Assembly (NCBI GenBank): GCA_965205605.1
Contig: CBDBHE010000007.1
Coordinates: 224,001 to 288,000, forward strand
Source of the DNA: Spirochaetota bacterium
Lineage (GTDB): Bacteria; Spirochaetota; UBA12135; COTS27; CBDBHE01
Reading direction: 5' to 3'
Length of the DNA stretch: 64,000 nt
Numbering within the stretch: position 1 is the stretch's first letter; the number at the start of each line of letters is the position of its first letter. Positions 21,031 to 31,725 of this stretch are shown here, piece by piece. The notes under the pieces were generated by a model. The model worked only from the letters and a program-made list of their open reading frames with translations. It ran no database searches and was not told the origin of the DNA. The translations under genes were made by a program, and so were the position numbers.

Positions 21031-22614
21031 TTGGAAATCATCAAACATTTAAAAGAAAGAATTTCAAAAAGTTTAGAAACACTGCTTGACAAAAAAGAAG
21101 CTTTACTTGCCAATCAACTCAACATCGATTTAACTTCTCCTGACAAAAAATATGGGGATTATGCCACTAATATTGCGTTTTCTTGTGCTTCTATTTTAAA
21201 AAAAAATCCTTTTGACATCGCAAAAGCACTTTCTACTAAGATTAAAAGTCCTTTTATTGAAACCATTACTCCTCTTGCTCCGGGGTTTATCAACTTTACT
21301 TTAAATGACGCCTTTAAAACGACCTTTCTAAAAGAAATGGGAGACAAAGATGTTTTAGAAAAAATTAATTTTCATGAAGGGAAAAAAGTCCTTTTAGAAT
21401 ATGTTTCTGCCAATCCAACAGGCCCCCTTCACATTGGGCACGGTAGGTGGGCAGCCATTGGTCATACACTGGCAAACATCCTTTCTTGGACAGGTTATGA
21501 GGTCACAAGAGAGTTTTATGTCAATAATGCAGGCACACAAATAGAAGCATTAAGAGAATCGGTCCAATGTTTAAAAGCAGGCACCCCCCCCCCTTCTGAA
21601 AACTACAACGGAAAGTATCTAAAAGCCTTAAAGAATCAAGATGGCGATCCCATTGAGATTTTATTAGAAGATCAACAAAAAACATTAAAAGCGTTAGGCA
21701 TTGAGTTTGATCATTATTTTAAAGAAAGTACGTTGCACCAAACAAATGCCCCTCAAAACATCTTGGCCCTTCTTAAAAAAAAAGGTCAAACGTATGAAAA
21801 AGAGGGGGCTTTATGGCTAAAGCTCGCTGATAAAGGGGACTTCAAAGACCGTGTCTTAAAAAAATCAGACCATACGCTCACTTATTTTGCCGTTGATATT
21901 GCTTATCATTATGAAAAGCTCAAGCGAAACGTTGATCTTTTAATTAATATTTTTGGAGCAGATCACCATGGATACATTCCAAGAATCAAAGCCGCCGTTA
22001 AACTGCTTTCAAAAGGCAAAACCACCTTTGAAATCATCATCGGTCAGCTCGTGCATTTGTTTAAAAACGGCAAACCCATCAAAATGTCTAAACGCACCGG
22101 TGAGCTCATTACCTTACAAGAAGTCATTGACGAAATTGGAAAAGAAGCCACTCTTTATTATTTAACCATGCGCCCGATCAGCTCTCCTGTAGAGTTTGAC
22201 CTACAAGTTGCCAAAGAAAAAAATATTAACAATCCTCTTTACTATATTCAATATGCCCATGCAAGGATTTGCTCTGTTTTTAAAAAAGCCAGTCGAGAAA
22301 ATCTTCACTCCATTCCAAGAGAATTTTTTAATTACCACCTCATTAAAGATCCTTTAATTGACAACTTAGTGCTTTTAATGATTCAATTTCAAGCAGAAAT
22401 GATCGCTATTAGTAAGTCGTATGAAGTCCATCACTTAAATCGTTTTTTAACTAAAATGGCCTCTGATTTTCATAAAATTTACAATAAACTCACTTTTGTG
22501 AGTATCCAAGAGAGAAAAAAGACTAAGCAATATCTTTTCTTTTTAAAAGAACTTAAAATGATCTTTAAAACAGGGCTCAGTTTTATGGGAATAGAAGCAA
22601 AAGAAGTCATGTAA
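21031..22614 (+). CDS. argS: Arginine--tRNA ligase
   Basis: EYVSANPTGPLHIGHGR, GADHHGY, KMSKRTG and YYIQYAHARICS. Confidence 0.97.
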   Translation: MEIIKHLKERISKSLETLLDKKEALLANQLNIDLTSPDKKYGDYATNIAFSCASILKKNPFDIAKALSTKIKSPFIETITPLAPGFINFTLNDAFKTTFLKEMGDKDVLEKINFHEGKKVLLEYVSANPTGPLHIGHGRWAAIGHTLANILSWTGYEVTREFYVNNAGTQIEALRESVQCLKAGTPPPSENYNGKYLKALKNQDGDPIEILLEDQQKTLKALGIEFDHYFKESTLHQTNAPQNILALLKKKGQTYEKEGALWLKLADKGDFKDRVLKKSDHTLTYFAVDIAYHYEKLKRNVDLLINIFGADHHGYIPRIKAAVKLLSKGKTTFEIIIGQLVHLFKNGKPIKMSKRTGELITLQEVIDEIGKEATLYYLTMRPISSPVEFDLQVAKEKNINNPLYYIQYAHARICSVFKKASRENLHSIPREFFNYHLIKDPLIDNLVLLMIQFQAEMIAISKSYEVHHLNRFLTKMASDFHKIYNKLTFVSIQERKKTKQYLFFLKELKMIFKTGLSFMGIEAKEVM

Positions 22615-22717
22615 TTTTTTTTTTTTATTTTTTTTAAACAAAAGAACAAAAATTGACCTTTAGAAAAAATAAAATGAATTTAGTAAAATAAAAATCTTTA
22701 AAAAAAGAAGGGGTATT

Positions 22718-23815
22718 ATGAATAAAAATAAAAAGAATCTTTTAGAAAATACAATTAAAAATCTAGAAAAAGACCATGGAAAAGGGATTGTGATGCGACT
22801 GGGAGATGAACCTTCCAATGAAATTGAAGTCATTTCATCGGGGTCACTTAGTTTAAACAAGGCGTCGGGTATTGGAGGACTGCCAAAAGGAAGAATCATT
22901 GAGATTTATGGACCGGAGTCATCTGGAAAAACAACGATTGCTCTTCATGCGATTGCTGAGGCTCAAAAAACAGGTGGCCTTGCTGCCTTTATTGACGCCG
23001 AACACGCCTTAGATGTCCATTATGCCAAATCCATTGGGGTTGATACAGAAAACCTGTATATTTCTCAACCAAATAACGGAGAACAAGCTCTTGAGATTTT
23101 AGATGAACTCATTTGTTCTCATTCTTTAGATATTATTGTCATTGATTCCGTAGCGGCACTAGTGCCTAAAGCAGAAATTGAAGGCCACATGGGAGATGCT
23201 CAAATGGCTCTTCAAGCCAGGCTCATGAGTCAAGCTCTTAGAAAAATCACAGGTTCTGTTTCTAAAACTAATACTTGTGTTATTTTCATCAATCAGCTTC
23301 GGATGAAAATTGGAGTCTTTTTTGGTAATCCAGAAACCACCACAGGTGGCAATGCTCTCAAGTTTTATACATCGATGCGTCTTGATATTAGAAAAATTGA
23401 AACGCTTAAAAAAGGAGATGAAATCATCGGATCTAAAATCAAAGTCAAAGTCGTTAAAAATAAATTAGCCGCTCCTTTTAAGCTAGCTATTTTTGAGATT
23501 TATTATGGAGAAGGGATTTCAAAAATATCTGAAATCTTAAACTTGGGTGTTGCAGAGGGAGTGATCGAAAAATCAGGATCATGGTTTTCTTATCAAGGAG
23601 AACGCTTGGGTCAAGGGCTGGAAAATGTGAAAAAACAACTCAAAGAAAATCAAGCTCTTTATAAAACCATCGAGCAACAAGTCATCAACTCTCAAAAAAT
23701 AGACTCTAAAAAACCAGTCGATCAACCAAAAATAAAAAACCTTAAGCCTCCCCCAAACCTCTCCGATCAAATCGAACAAGATAAAACTAAAATGAATAAA
23801 AATACTTATTTCTAA
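22718..23815 (+). CDS. recA: Recombinase RecA
   Basis: [17 protein letters not shown] and [15 protein letters not shown]. Confidence 0.99.
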   Translation: MNKNKKNLLENTIKNLEKDHGKGIVMRLGDEPSNEIEVISSGSLSLNKASGIGGLPKGRIIEIYGPESSGKTTIALHAIAEAQKTGGLAAFIDAEHALDVHYAKSIGVDTENLYISQPNNGEQALEILDELICSHSLDIIVIDSVAALVPKAEIEGHMGDAQMALQARLMSQALRKITGSVSKTNTCVIFINQLRMKIGVFFGNPETTTGGNALKFYTSMRLDIRKIETLKKGDEIIGSKIKVKVVKNKLAAPFKLAIFEIYYGEGISKISEILNLGVAEGVIEKSGSWFSYQGERLGQGLENVKKQLKENQALYKTIEQQVINSQKIDSKKPVDQPKIKNLKPPPNLSDQIEQDKTKMNKNTYF

Positions 23816-23820
23816 AACAA

Positions 23821-25029
23821 ATGCAAACAGAATCTATTTTCTACGACCAAGACTTGGATTTCCCAATCGGCTACCAAGCTTTAAGTCTCCCTTTAGGGAT
23901 TAAACAAAAAAAAAAAGAAGACTCTTCTATTTTAACAACCTTAGATAAAATGACAGTTTGCGCTTGTTTTTCCCAAAATGACTTTAGATCGGTTGCTATT
24001 GAAGATACTTTATCCAAAATCAACTCTCCTCAAAAAATTATGGCTGTTTTTTCCGGTAACGCCAATGCCTGTACCGGTAAAGCCGCTAAACAAGCCGTCG
24101 ATACCCTTTGTGAATCTCTGGCAACTCTTTTTACCTGCTCTTCAAAAGAAGTCATTCTTTCTTTTACAGGTCTTGTCGCTTCTCCTTTTCCTACTCAAAA
24201 AGTACTCAAAGGTTTATCCAAGTTAAAAAAAAAAATCTCTCAAAATAAAAAAACAGCTTTTTTTTCTAAAGGCATCCTCACCACCGATAGCAAAGAAAAA
24301 AAAATCGCTTATAAAACCACCTTCGAAGGAAAAGAAGTCCGTTTTGCCGGCTGTGTCAAAGGAGCGGGGATGATTCATCCCAATATGGCAACCATGCTCG
24401 CTTTTATCACAACCGATCTAGACATCTCAAAAAATGATTTAAATGAAATCTTAATAGCAAGCTTACAAGACTCTTTTAATGCCATTTCTGTCGATGGACA
24501 AACTTCTACCAATGATAGCTTTTTTTTAATCGCCAATGGAGAAAGTGGAGCTTGTTATCAAAAAGCAAAACATCAAAAAAAACTTGAAACCATTATTTCT
24601 AAAATGAGTCTTTATTTAGCAAAAGAAATTGTCACCCACGCCGAAGGAGCCAGTAAACTAATCCAAATCTGCGTTAAGCAAGCTCTTTCTAAAAACAGAG
24701 CCATTATTGCCGCTAAAAGCATTGCCACTTCTCTTTTATTTAAGACCGCTATTTTTGGAATGGATCCTAACTATGGACGTATTTTAGTCGCTCTTGGAAG
24801 TTGTGGTTTGGACTTAAAAATTGCTAATATTTCTATCCTTTTTGGCCCCCACCTTCTTTTTGCTAATAACAAGCTCGCTGAAAAAAATCTGAAAAAAGCA
24901 AAACAATATTTACAACAAAAAGAAATCACCATCACTATCAAACTCAGCGAAGGTAAATCTCAAACTTCCTTTTATACCTGTGATTTATCTTACAATTATA
25001 TCAAGCTAAATAGTGAATACCCAACATAG
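23821..25029 (+). CDS. argJ: Ornithine acetyltransferase ArgJ
   Basis: SGNANACTG, KGAGMIHPNMATML, SVDGQTSTND and TCDLSY.YI..N..Y.T. Confidence 0.93.
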   Translation: MQTESIFYDQDLDFPIGYQALSLPLGIKQKKKEDSSILTTLDKMTVCACFSQNDFRSVAIEDTLSKINSPQKIMAVFSGNANACTGKAAKQAVDTLCESLATLFTCSSKEVILSFTGLVASPFPTQKVLKGLSKLKKKISQNKKTAFFSKGILTTDSKEKKIAYKTTFEGKEVRFAGCVKGAGMIHPNMATMLAFITTDLDISKNDLNEILIASLQDSFNAISVDGQTSTNDSFFLIANGESGACYQKAKHQKKLETIISKMSLYLAKEIVTHAEGASKLIQICVKQALSKNRAIIAAKSIATSLLFKTAIFGMDPNYGRILVALGSCGLDLKIANISILFGPHLLFANNKLAEKNLKKAKQYLQQKEITITIKLSEGKSQTSFYTCDLSYNYIKLNSEYPT

Positions 25030-25129
25030 TTTTTTTTAGTAACGATATACTTTTTTCTACTAGCTTTATCCGAAAGGATATTGATAAAAATAAAAGAAAA
25101 ATTTAACGAAATCAATAATAAAGTTTTTG

Positions 25130-25453
25130 TTTAAAATATAGATTGATTTTTTCAACCCATATTGACACACTAAAAAACCTTTTCTCCCCTATCAAGATGA
25201 GGCTGTGCTTAAAGCTATTGAAGAGCCATTTTTAACCACTTGATTAGTACTTGATAAGGCAGGCTACTTTTATTGTAAAAAATTGTAAAAAAAAAACAAT
25301 ATGGGGTTCGTTATTATCTAGTAGGAAATCGAAGCCACCTTTTAGGAGTCGATTGTGTTTATAGAGCAAATAACCTACTCGAAGAAATACAAATAACCAA
25401 CGAAAGGATCATCACTTTAATTAAATTTTTAATTTTTTTCATAATCTTTTAAT
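25130..25453 (+). pseudogene. Probable degraded gene remnant of unknown family
   Basis: Coding-like fragments (YQDEAVLKAIEEPFLTT*, QYGVRYYLVGNRSHLLGVDCVYRANNLLEEIQ) broken by stops and frameshifts within a 600-bp gap. Confidence 0.3.
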
Positions 25454-25636
25454 AACTTTTTTATTTAACATGTTACCTATTTAAGATAGGATTTATTTAA
25501 TTTCAAATAAATTAATACATTCCTATTTTTTTTTAAAAAAAAGTACTCTTTTAATCATTTTTTGATTATATTATTTTTTAGAAGATAAAAAAATAACGTT
25601 AAACAAAAATAACATTAAACAAAATAAGGAACCTCT

Positions 25637-25963
25637 ATGACTAATGAAAAAATTAAAATATTAAACGAAGCTAATTTTAAAGACCATATTGAAAAAGGAG
25701 TTACTATGGTTGATTTTTGGGCCGGGTGGTGTGGTCCTTGTCGAGCTCAAAGTCCAATTTTAGATCAAATAGCCGAAAAAATACAAGATGAACATGTTTC
25801 AATTTGCAAAGTGAATGTTGATGAAAATCAAAAAATTGCTCAAGAATATGAAGTCATGAGCATTCCCACCATTGTTTTATTTAAAGATGGAAAAGTCAGT
25901 AAGCAGCTCGTTGGACTGCAAGAAGAAGAGATTTTAGAAAAAGCCATTAATGAAATAAAATAA
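25637..25963 (+). CDS. trxA: Thioredoxin
   Basis: DFWAGWCGPC and VMSIPT. AAGGA RBS. Confidence 0.95.
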   Translation: MTNEKIKILNEANFKDHIEKGVTMVDFWAGWCGPCRAQSPILDQIAEKIQDEHVSICKVNVDENQKIAQEYEVMSIPTIVLFKDGKVSKQLVGLQEEEILEKAINEIK

Positions 25964-26089
25964 TTTAATTTATTTATTCTTTTTTTTTTTCTTAAAAAAA
26001 ACTCAAGAAGTTTTTTAACAAGACGACAAAGTATAAAAAGATCTTTACATAAAAATGTAAAAATTTTTAAAATTGATATCAAGTCAATC

Positions 26090-28564
26090 TTGTTGAACCC
26101 TAAAAAAACAAAACATTATCTTTTTATAGGAACTGGCATTATTCTTTTTTTAATGTTTGCCTCGTATGAAAATGGCAATTTAAAAAGCAATCTATTTGGG
26201 GCGTTTGGGCACCATACTTCTCATTTTTTAGTCCACAAAGTGTGGGGGCTGACGGCTTTTTTTTTTCCGTTTGCTTTTTTTTTCATTGGGTATCAAGGGC
26301 TAAAGCAAAAATTAGATATTAACAAACTACTTTCAAAACTTTACTTTGGATTTTTATTTATTTTTAGTTTAAATCTTTTTTTACTCAACACTCCCTTAAT
26401 CAACACTTCTTTTTCAGGTTTATTTACCATGGTTTTTCATGCCTTTTTAATTAACTTTTTTGGGGAATCAAGCAAACCCACCCTCGGATCTCTTTTAATT
26501 GAAAGCATGGTGCTGTCTCTTTCTTTTATTTATTTTTATAAAAGCTTTAGCTTTTGGTTTAAAAAAATGGATCAAAAAGAATGGGTGAGCTTTGTCAAAA
26601 ATAAACTCCGTCAGTCAGGTAAAAATATTAAATCGTTATCAAAAGATATGAAGCTAGATAAAGAACAAATTGATCCAAAATTATTACAAGATTTTCCTTT
26701 GATTGCCCGTGTGAGAAGAGATGATCAAGGGATCATTTACCCTTATCAAACACTAAAAACAACCGAAAACTCCCCCCCCCAAACCAAAGTTTCTACTGAA
26801 GCCAATCAAACTTTAAAGGACTCCCAAGCACTAAAAAATGACTCTCTCGATACTTCAGATTTCTACCTCTCAAACATTTCTTATGAGCATGAAACAAATT
26901 CACAAGAAGCAATCGATATTGATTTAAGTCTTAGTAAGTTGTTTTCAACAAAAAAAAAAATTAGTCTCTATGAATCTGAGACGGAGCCTGTAAACAACCC
27001 CCTGCTAAATGACCCTTCTCTTATTGTAAACCATCAGAACGAACAAGTTCCAAAAAAAACAGACCCTTTAGAAAAAATGCCTCTTGTTTTAAACCTTTTT
27101 GAAACAGAAACCCATGAGTATGCTTTGATCATAAAAAACTTGAAAGCGAATACCAATCTTTTAGTCAAGATGCAAACCTCTGTAAATCAAAATTCTCATA
27201 AAAATCATTTAATCATTAAAGAAGTTTCGAAAAAATTAGAAGAAACCATTCGTCAATTTGGCATTGATACAAAAGTCGTCTCTGTTTCTATAGGCCCTGT
27301 GATCACTCAATACGAACTAACCGTTGAGCCAGGGGTTAAGATTTCTAAAATTGTCAACCTTTCAGATAACATCGCTCTTTCTTTAGCAGCCAAATCGATA
27401 CGAATCGTAGCTCCTATTCCAGGAAAGTCGGTCATTGGCATTGAAGTCCCTAACTTAAACAGAGAAAATGTTTTTTTACGAGATATTGTAGAAAGCCAGC
27501 ATTTTAAACAAACTCATTTTACATTACCGATTGCCCTTGGGAAATCTCTTTTTGGCAAAGCGGTGATCACTGATTTAAGAGACACGCCTCATTTACTGAT
27601 TGCAGGAGCAACAGGGAGTGGAAAATCAGTTTGTGTCAATTCGATTATTTGTTCACTACTTTTTAAATGCTCCCCCAAAGAAGTGCGATTTTTAATGATT
27701 GATCCTAAAATGGTCGAGCTCAATATCTATAACGGCATCCCCCACTTACTTTGTCCTGTCATCACTAATCCCAAACAAGCATCTGCTTCACTACGGTGGG
27801 TCCTCCAAGAAATGGAAGCTCGCTATTATTTATTAGAAAAATATCAAGTCAGAAGCATTCATTCTTACAATAAGATTATCAAAGAAAAAAAAATGTTTCA
27901 AACAGACCCTGAACAAAAAATCGGCACCTTACCTTATATTGTCGTCATTATTGATGAGTTTGCTGATTTAATGATCACCTCTAAAAAAGAAGTCGAAGAT
28001 CACATCACAAGACTCGCTGCTATGAGTCGTGCCATTGGCATTCACTTGATTTTAGCCACTCAAAGACCTAGTGTTGACGTCATTACAGGTGTCATCAAAG
28101 CTAACTTCCCATCAAGAATCGCTTTTCAAGTTCCTTCTAAAATTGACTCAAGGACTATTTTAGATACCGGTGGTGGAGAAAAATTACTCGGTAAAGGGGA
28201 TATGCTTTTTCAATCCGTCAAACATTATGCCCCTGAGCGCATTCAAGGAAACTTCCTCTCTGATGAAGAAGTCCATCAAATTACTTCTGATTTGAAAGAT
28301 AAAACTAAAGACTATCCCCAAAGTAATTTAATTCATCTTCCAAAAGACAATCTTAATGAAGCCTCTTCGGTAGGCGAAGTTGATGATGTGCTTTACGAAC
28401 AAGCTTTAAAAATGATTCAACATGAAAGAAAAGTTTCTGCTTCTTATTTACAAAGAAAATTAAAAATAGGTTATAATAGATCAGCTCGCTTAGTGGAAAT
28501 GATGGAAGAAAGAGGTCTCATTGGACCTGCTGATGGGTCAAAACCACGAGAAATTTATTTATAA
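26090..28564 (+). CDS. ftsK: DNA translocase FtsK/SpoIIIE
   Basis: N-terminal TMs, PHLLIAGATGSGKS, IDEFADL, ATQRPSVDV and gamma domain LQRKLKIGYNRSAR. Confidence 0.96.
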   Translation: MLNPKKTKHYLFIGTGIILFLMFASYENGNLKSNLFGAFGHHTSHFLVHKVWGLTAFFFPFAFFFIGYQGLKQKLDINKLLSKLYFGFLFIFSLNLFLLNTPLINTSFSGLFTMVFHAFLINFFGESSKPTLGSLLIESMVLSLSFIYFYKSFSFWFKKMDQKEWVSFVKNKLRQSGKNIKSLSKDMKLDKEQIDPKLLQDFPLIARVRRDDQGIIYPYQTLKTTENSPPQTKVSTEANQTLKDSQALKNDSLDTSDFYLSNISYEHETNSQEAIDIDLSLSKLFSTKKKISLYESETEPVNNPLLNDPSLIVNHQNEQVPKKTDPLEKMPLVLNLFETETHEYALIIKNLKANTNLLVKMQTSVNQNSHKNHLIIKEVSKKLEETIRQFGIDTKVVSVSIGPVITQYELTVEPGVKISKIVNLSDNIALSLAAKSIRIVAPIPGKSVIGIEVPNLNRENVFLRDIVESQHFKQTHFTLPIALGKSLFGKAVITDLRDTPHLLIAGATGSGKSVCVNSIICSLLFKCSPKEVRFLMIDPKMVELNIYNGIPHLLCPVITNPKQASASLRWVLQEMEARYYLLEKYQVRSIHSYNKIIKEKKMFQTDPEQKIGTLPYIVVIIDEFADLMITSKKEVEDHITRLAAMSRAIGIHLILATQRPSVDVITGVIKANFPSRIAFQVPSKIDSRTILDTGGGEKLLGKGDMLFQSVKHYAPERIQGNFLSDEEVHQITSDLKDKTKDYPQSNLIHLPKDNLNEASSVGEVDDVLYEQALKMIQHERKVSASYLQRKLKIGYNRSARLVEMMEERGLIGPADGSKPREIYL

Positions 28565-28596
28565 ATCTAAAAAATATCAATTTTTTTTAAAATCTA

Positions 28597-29334
28597 ATGA
28601 AACCATTTGTTTTTTTCATTCTCTTAATCATTAATATTTTATTGGCTAATAATAAAGCTAATAATGAAATATCACTAACAGAACCTCGTGATATTGTTAA
28701 ACTAATGATCCATAAATACAATTCTTACAAAAACTACGAAGCCGCTTTTAAAGAAATCAATCAAGGTCGTTTTCGAAAAGGAAAAATTTTTCTTAAAAAA
28801 CCTGAAAAATTATACATTCAATACTTAAGTGGCCGTAAGCCTACCATCGAAATCTTTGTTTCTGCAAGCAAACTATATGTTTATTTCAAAAGAATTCAGA
28901 TTGTTTGTGAACAAGATTTAAACCTCATAGAAGATAAAGAAAAAATCTTTAACTCAAAGACAACTTCTTTAAATCGACTCATCAAACGCTATCATTTTGA
29001 ATTTGTTAGTTCAAGGAAAGCCATTGATGTTTTAAGCCCACAAGAAAAAATTAAGTTTAATTCTTATCAAAATCTCAAAGGTTATCACCTAAGATTAACC
29101 TCAAAAGATGTTTCTTTAGGGCTTGCCAATATGGAGCTTTGGGTCAGTCCCGCAGGTCTCATTATCCGTAGTAAAGCCATTTCTATTGATAAAAAAGTGA
29201 CTGATATTTTATTTTATAATATCAAAATTGGTGGATTTATCCCCAGTAGTAAATTTGAATTTGAAGTACCAATCACCGCTCAAATCGTCAAAAATACCCT
29301 TATGGATTTAAACGAAACTCAAAAGAAAAACTAA
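28597..29334 (+). CDS. lolA: LolA-like outer-membrane lipoprotein carrier
   Basis: Signal peptide, G.IFLKKP.K, terminal F.F.VP, and conserved position after ftsK. Confidence 0.75.
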   Translation: MKPFVFFILLIINILLANNKANNEISLTEPRDIVKLMIHKYNSYKNYEAAFKEINQGRFRKGKIFLKKPEKLYIQYLSGRKPTIEIFVSASKLYVYFKRIQIVCEQDLNLIEDKEKIFNSKTTSLNRLIKRYHFEFVSSRKAIDVLSPQEKIKFNSYQNLKGYHLRLTSKDVSLGLANMELWVSPAGLIIRSKAISIDKKVTDILFYNIKIGGFIPSSKFEFEVPITAQIVKNTLMDLNETQKKN

Positions 29335-29338
29335 AATA

Positions 29339-30490
29339 ATGGAAGAAAAATTAGTTAGCACAATCTTAAAACAAGCCAGACTTAAACAAAATATTAATCT
29401 ATCAGACCTCTCCACAAAAACTAAAATCCCAACCAATATTTTGAAACATATTGAAAATGGAGCCTATACAAACACCCCTGCAAAAGTCTATCTCTATGGT
29501 TTCGTTGAAAACCTTTGTGAATACTTCCTTTTAGATGAAAAAATCATCATTGAAAAACTTAAAAACGAAATCAAAACCAACGAAAAAAAAGAAGAAAAAG
29601 AAGCTTTAAACACCATTATTAACCCAGAAAAAACATCTCTTTTAGAAAAAGTAAACTGGTTAAAACACAAGCTTCAAATCAGCTTTTACTTTTTAACTAA
29701 AGATAAAAAAAGACGAATTATTACTTCATCCATCTTAGTCATTTTAATCTTCATCTTTCTTAGTACCCAAAGTAAAAACCCAACCATTCTTGAAATCAGT
29801 GAAAACCACAAAAAGAACACTTATAAAATGCTACAAAAAACAGGGACTTTTGATTTGAAAATTAAAGATTCTGTTGAAATCAACCATCAAGAAATAAAAG
29901 CAATCTTTAACATTCAAAGCGTCGAAAATGATATTATTTTTATTAAAATCAATGAAACTGAGCAAAATATTTATTTAAAACTCAATGAAAGGTTCTTTGT
30001 CGACATTAATGAAGATGGTCAAAATGATATCGAATTACACCTTAAAGAAATCATTGAAAATTCTTTAAAATTACAGTTTAATGTCCTCAATTATGAAGCA
30101 CAAGAGCTTAGTTATGAAGAAATCTGGGTAACAAAAAAACCCATTACTGTGGGAAAAAATTATACTCTTCTAAAATACCAAAAAAAAACACCCATCGAAA
30201 TCTATTTAAAAGCTCAAAGACAACCTAGCTATGTTAGTTATAACATTGATGGGAAACGACAAAACTCTAAAAATATCAAACCAGGCGAAGATTTAAACAT
30301 TGACGCTGAAGAACATATCGAAATCCAATTAGGAAATTATCGTTCTCTTATTATCATGATTAATAAACAACCCATTGATTTAACCTTAGAAAACAACACC
30401 AAGTTTAGTATCACCAAAATTATCAAATGGCTCGCTGATCCTAATAATGAAACTAAATTTAATCTCATTATTAAAGATTACGTTAACTAA
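29339..30490 (+). CDS. rodZ: RodZ-like HTH / TM / DUF4115 cell-shape protein
   Basis: N-terminal HTH_25 (LKQAR...IENG.Y...P..VY..GF), a single TM segment and a C-terminal LGN motif; lies between lolA and pgsA. Confidence 0.75.
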   Translation: MEEKLVSTILKQARLKQNINLSDLSTKTKIPTNILKHIENGAYTNTPAKVYLYGFVENLCEYFLLDEKIIIEKLKNEIKTNEKKEEKEALNTIINPEKTSLLEKVNWLKHKLQISFYFLTKDKKRRIITSSILVILIFIFLSTQSKNPTILEISENHKKNTYKMLQKTGTFDLKIKDSVEINHQEIKAIFNIQSVENDIIFIKINETEQNIYLKLNERFFVDINEDGQNDIELHLKEIIENSLKLQFNVLNYEAQELSYEEIWVTKKPITVGKNYTLLKYQKKTPIEIYLKAQRQPSYVSYNIDGKRQNSKNIKPGEDLNIDAEEHIEIQLGNYRSLIIMINKQPIDLTLENNTKFSITKIIKWLADPNNETKFNLIIKDYVN

Positions 30491-30493
30491 CTC

Positions 30494-31183
30494 ATGTTTT
30501 CTTTTCCCAATTTACTTACTTTTTCACGGTTTCTCATTGCCCCTTTTTTCGTGTATTTTCTTTTAAGTGAAGCAAGTTTTCAAAGCGACATCTTTAGACT
30601 CCTATTGGTCCTATTTTTATTTACTCTTGCCGCTTTTACTGATTTTTACGACGGGTATTTTGCTAGAAAAAAAAAAAAAATCTCTAAATTAGGCACTTTC
30701 CTAGACCCTTTAGCTGACAAGGTTCTTATTTTAAGTGCTTTTATTAGTCTTTTATTTGTAAAAGAAATTTATCTTCCTGCTATTTTTGTAATCCTAATTT
30801 GTTTTCGTGAGATCGTGATTACCTTGATCCGGTGTTTTGCTTTAATCAAGAACAAGCCCTTGAAAACAGAATATCACGGAAAAGTTAAAACCGCCTTTCA
30901 ATTTATTTCTCTTGGGATGACTTGGCTTTATTTATTTGCCTACACCTTAATTATCAACACCAAACCTTTTAAAGACTTCCTCTTATCAAACCCTATTTCT
31001 GATACTGATTTTCACCCCAACTTACTCATTGAAATCAATGAAAGTCTCCAGATCACTTCTAAATGGAGCTTTTTAATTTTAAAATGGCTCCCTTCTTTTT
31101 TTCTAATCATCAGTTGTGCGATCACGCTTTATTCAGGATATCAATACATTTTGATTAACCGAAAGTTCATTATAAAAAAATAA
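30494..31183 (+). CDS. pgsA: CDP-diacylglycerol--glycerol-3-phosphate 3-phosphatidyltransferase
   Basis: PNLLT..R, D.YDG..AR....S.LG.FLDPLADK and GKVKT..Q. Confidence 0.93.
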   Translation: MFSFPNLLTFSRFLIAPFFVYFLLSEASFQSDIFRLLLVLFLFTLAAFTDFYDGYFARKKKKISKLGTFLDPLADKVLILSAFISLLFVKEIYLPAIFVILICFREIVITLIRCFALIKNKPLKTEYHGKVKTAFQFISLGMTWLYLFAYTLIINTKPFKDFLLSNPISDTDFHPNLLIEINESLQITSKWSFLILKWLPSFFLIISCAITLYSGYQYILINRKFIIKK

Positions 31184-31203
31184 TTTTTATTTTCTTTTTT
31201 TAA

Positions 31204-31692
31204 ATGAAAAAAATCATTTCTTTTGTTTCTATTAATTTTGTGACGTTAGGAGGAATTGGGTTTTTTCCAAAAGCACCCGGTACGATAGCCTCTTTAGTCG
31301 CACTAATTTCATTTGAATGGATCAAAATTTTTTTATTAAATTATTCTCGATTTTTTTTATTGAGCTTTATGATGTTAATCATCATCTTTGGCACACTCTT
31401 ATCTCATTATAGTGAAAAACGATTTTTTAAATCAAAAGATCCTTCTAGCATTGTCATCGATGAATACGTTGGGATGATGCTTTCAACTTGGCTACTGCCG
31501 TTTGAAAAAACATTCAAATCTTACGGACTCCTTGTTTTAGCTTTTTGCTTATTTCGCTTTTTGGATATTAAAAAACCATTTTTTATCTCAACGGTTCAAA
31601 AAATAAAAGGAGGACTTGGCATTATGATAGACGATCTTATCGCAGGTGCAATAACATGCTCCGTAGTAACCCCTCTTTATTTTCTTTTTTAA
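31204..31692 (+). CDS. pgpA: Phosphatidylglycerophosphatase A
   Basis: APGT..S, DPS.IVIDE..G, FRFLDI.KP and GG.GIM.DD..AG. Confidence 0.93.
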   Translation: MKKIISFVSINFVTLGGIGFFPKAPGTIASLVALISFEWIKIFLLNYSRFFLLSFMMLIIIFGTLLSHYSEKRFFKSKDPSSIVIDEYVGMMLSTWLLPFEKTFKSYGLLVLAFCLFRFLDIKKPFFISTVQKIKGGLGIMIDDLIAGAITCSVVTPLYFLF

Positions 31693-31725
31693 TCTTTCTG
31701 TTTCTTTTTCTGGTTATTTTTTTCA

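Noticed and set aside
22615-22717. LexA box upstream of recA
   Set aside because: No convincing GAAC-N4-GTTC or CTGT-N8-ACAG site was seen.
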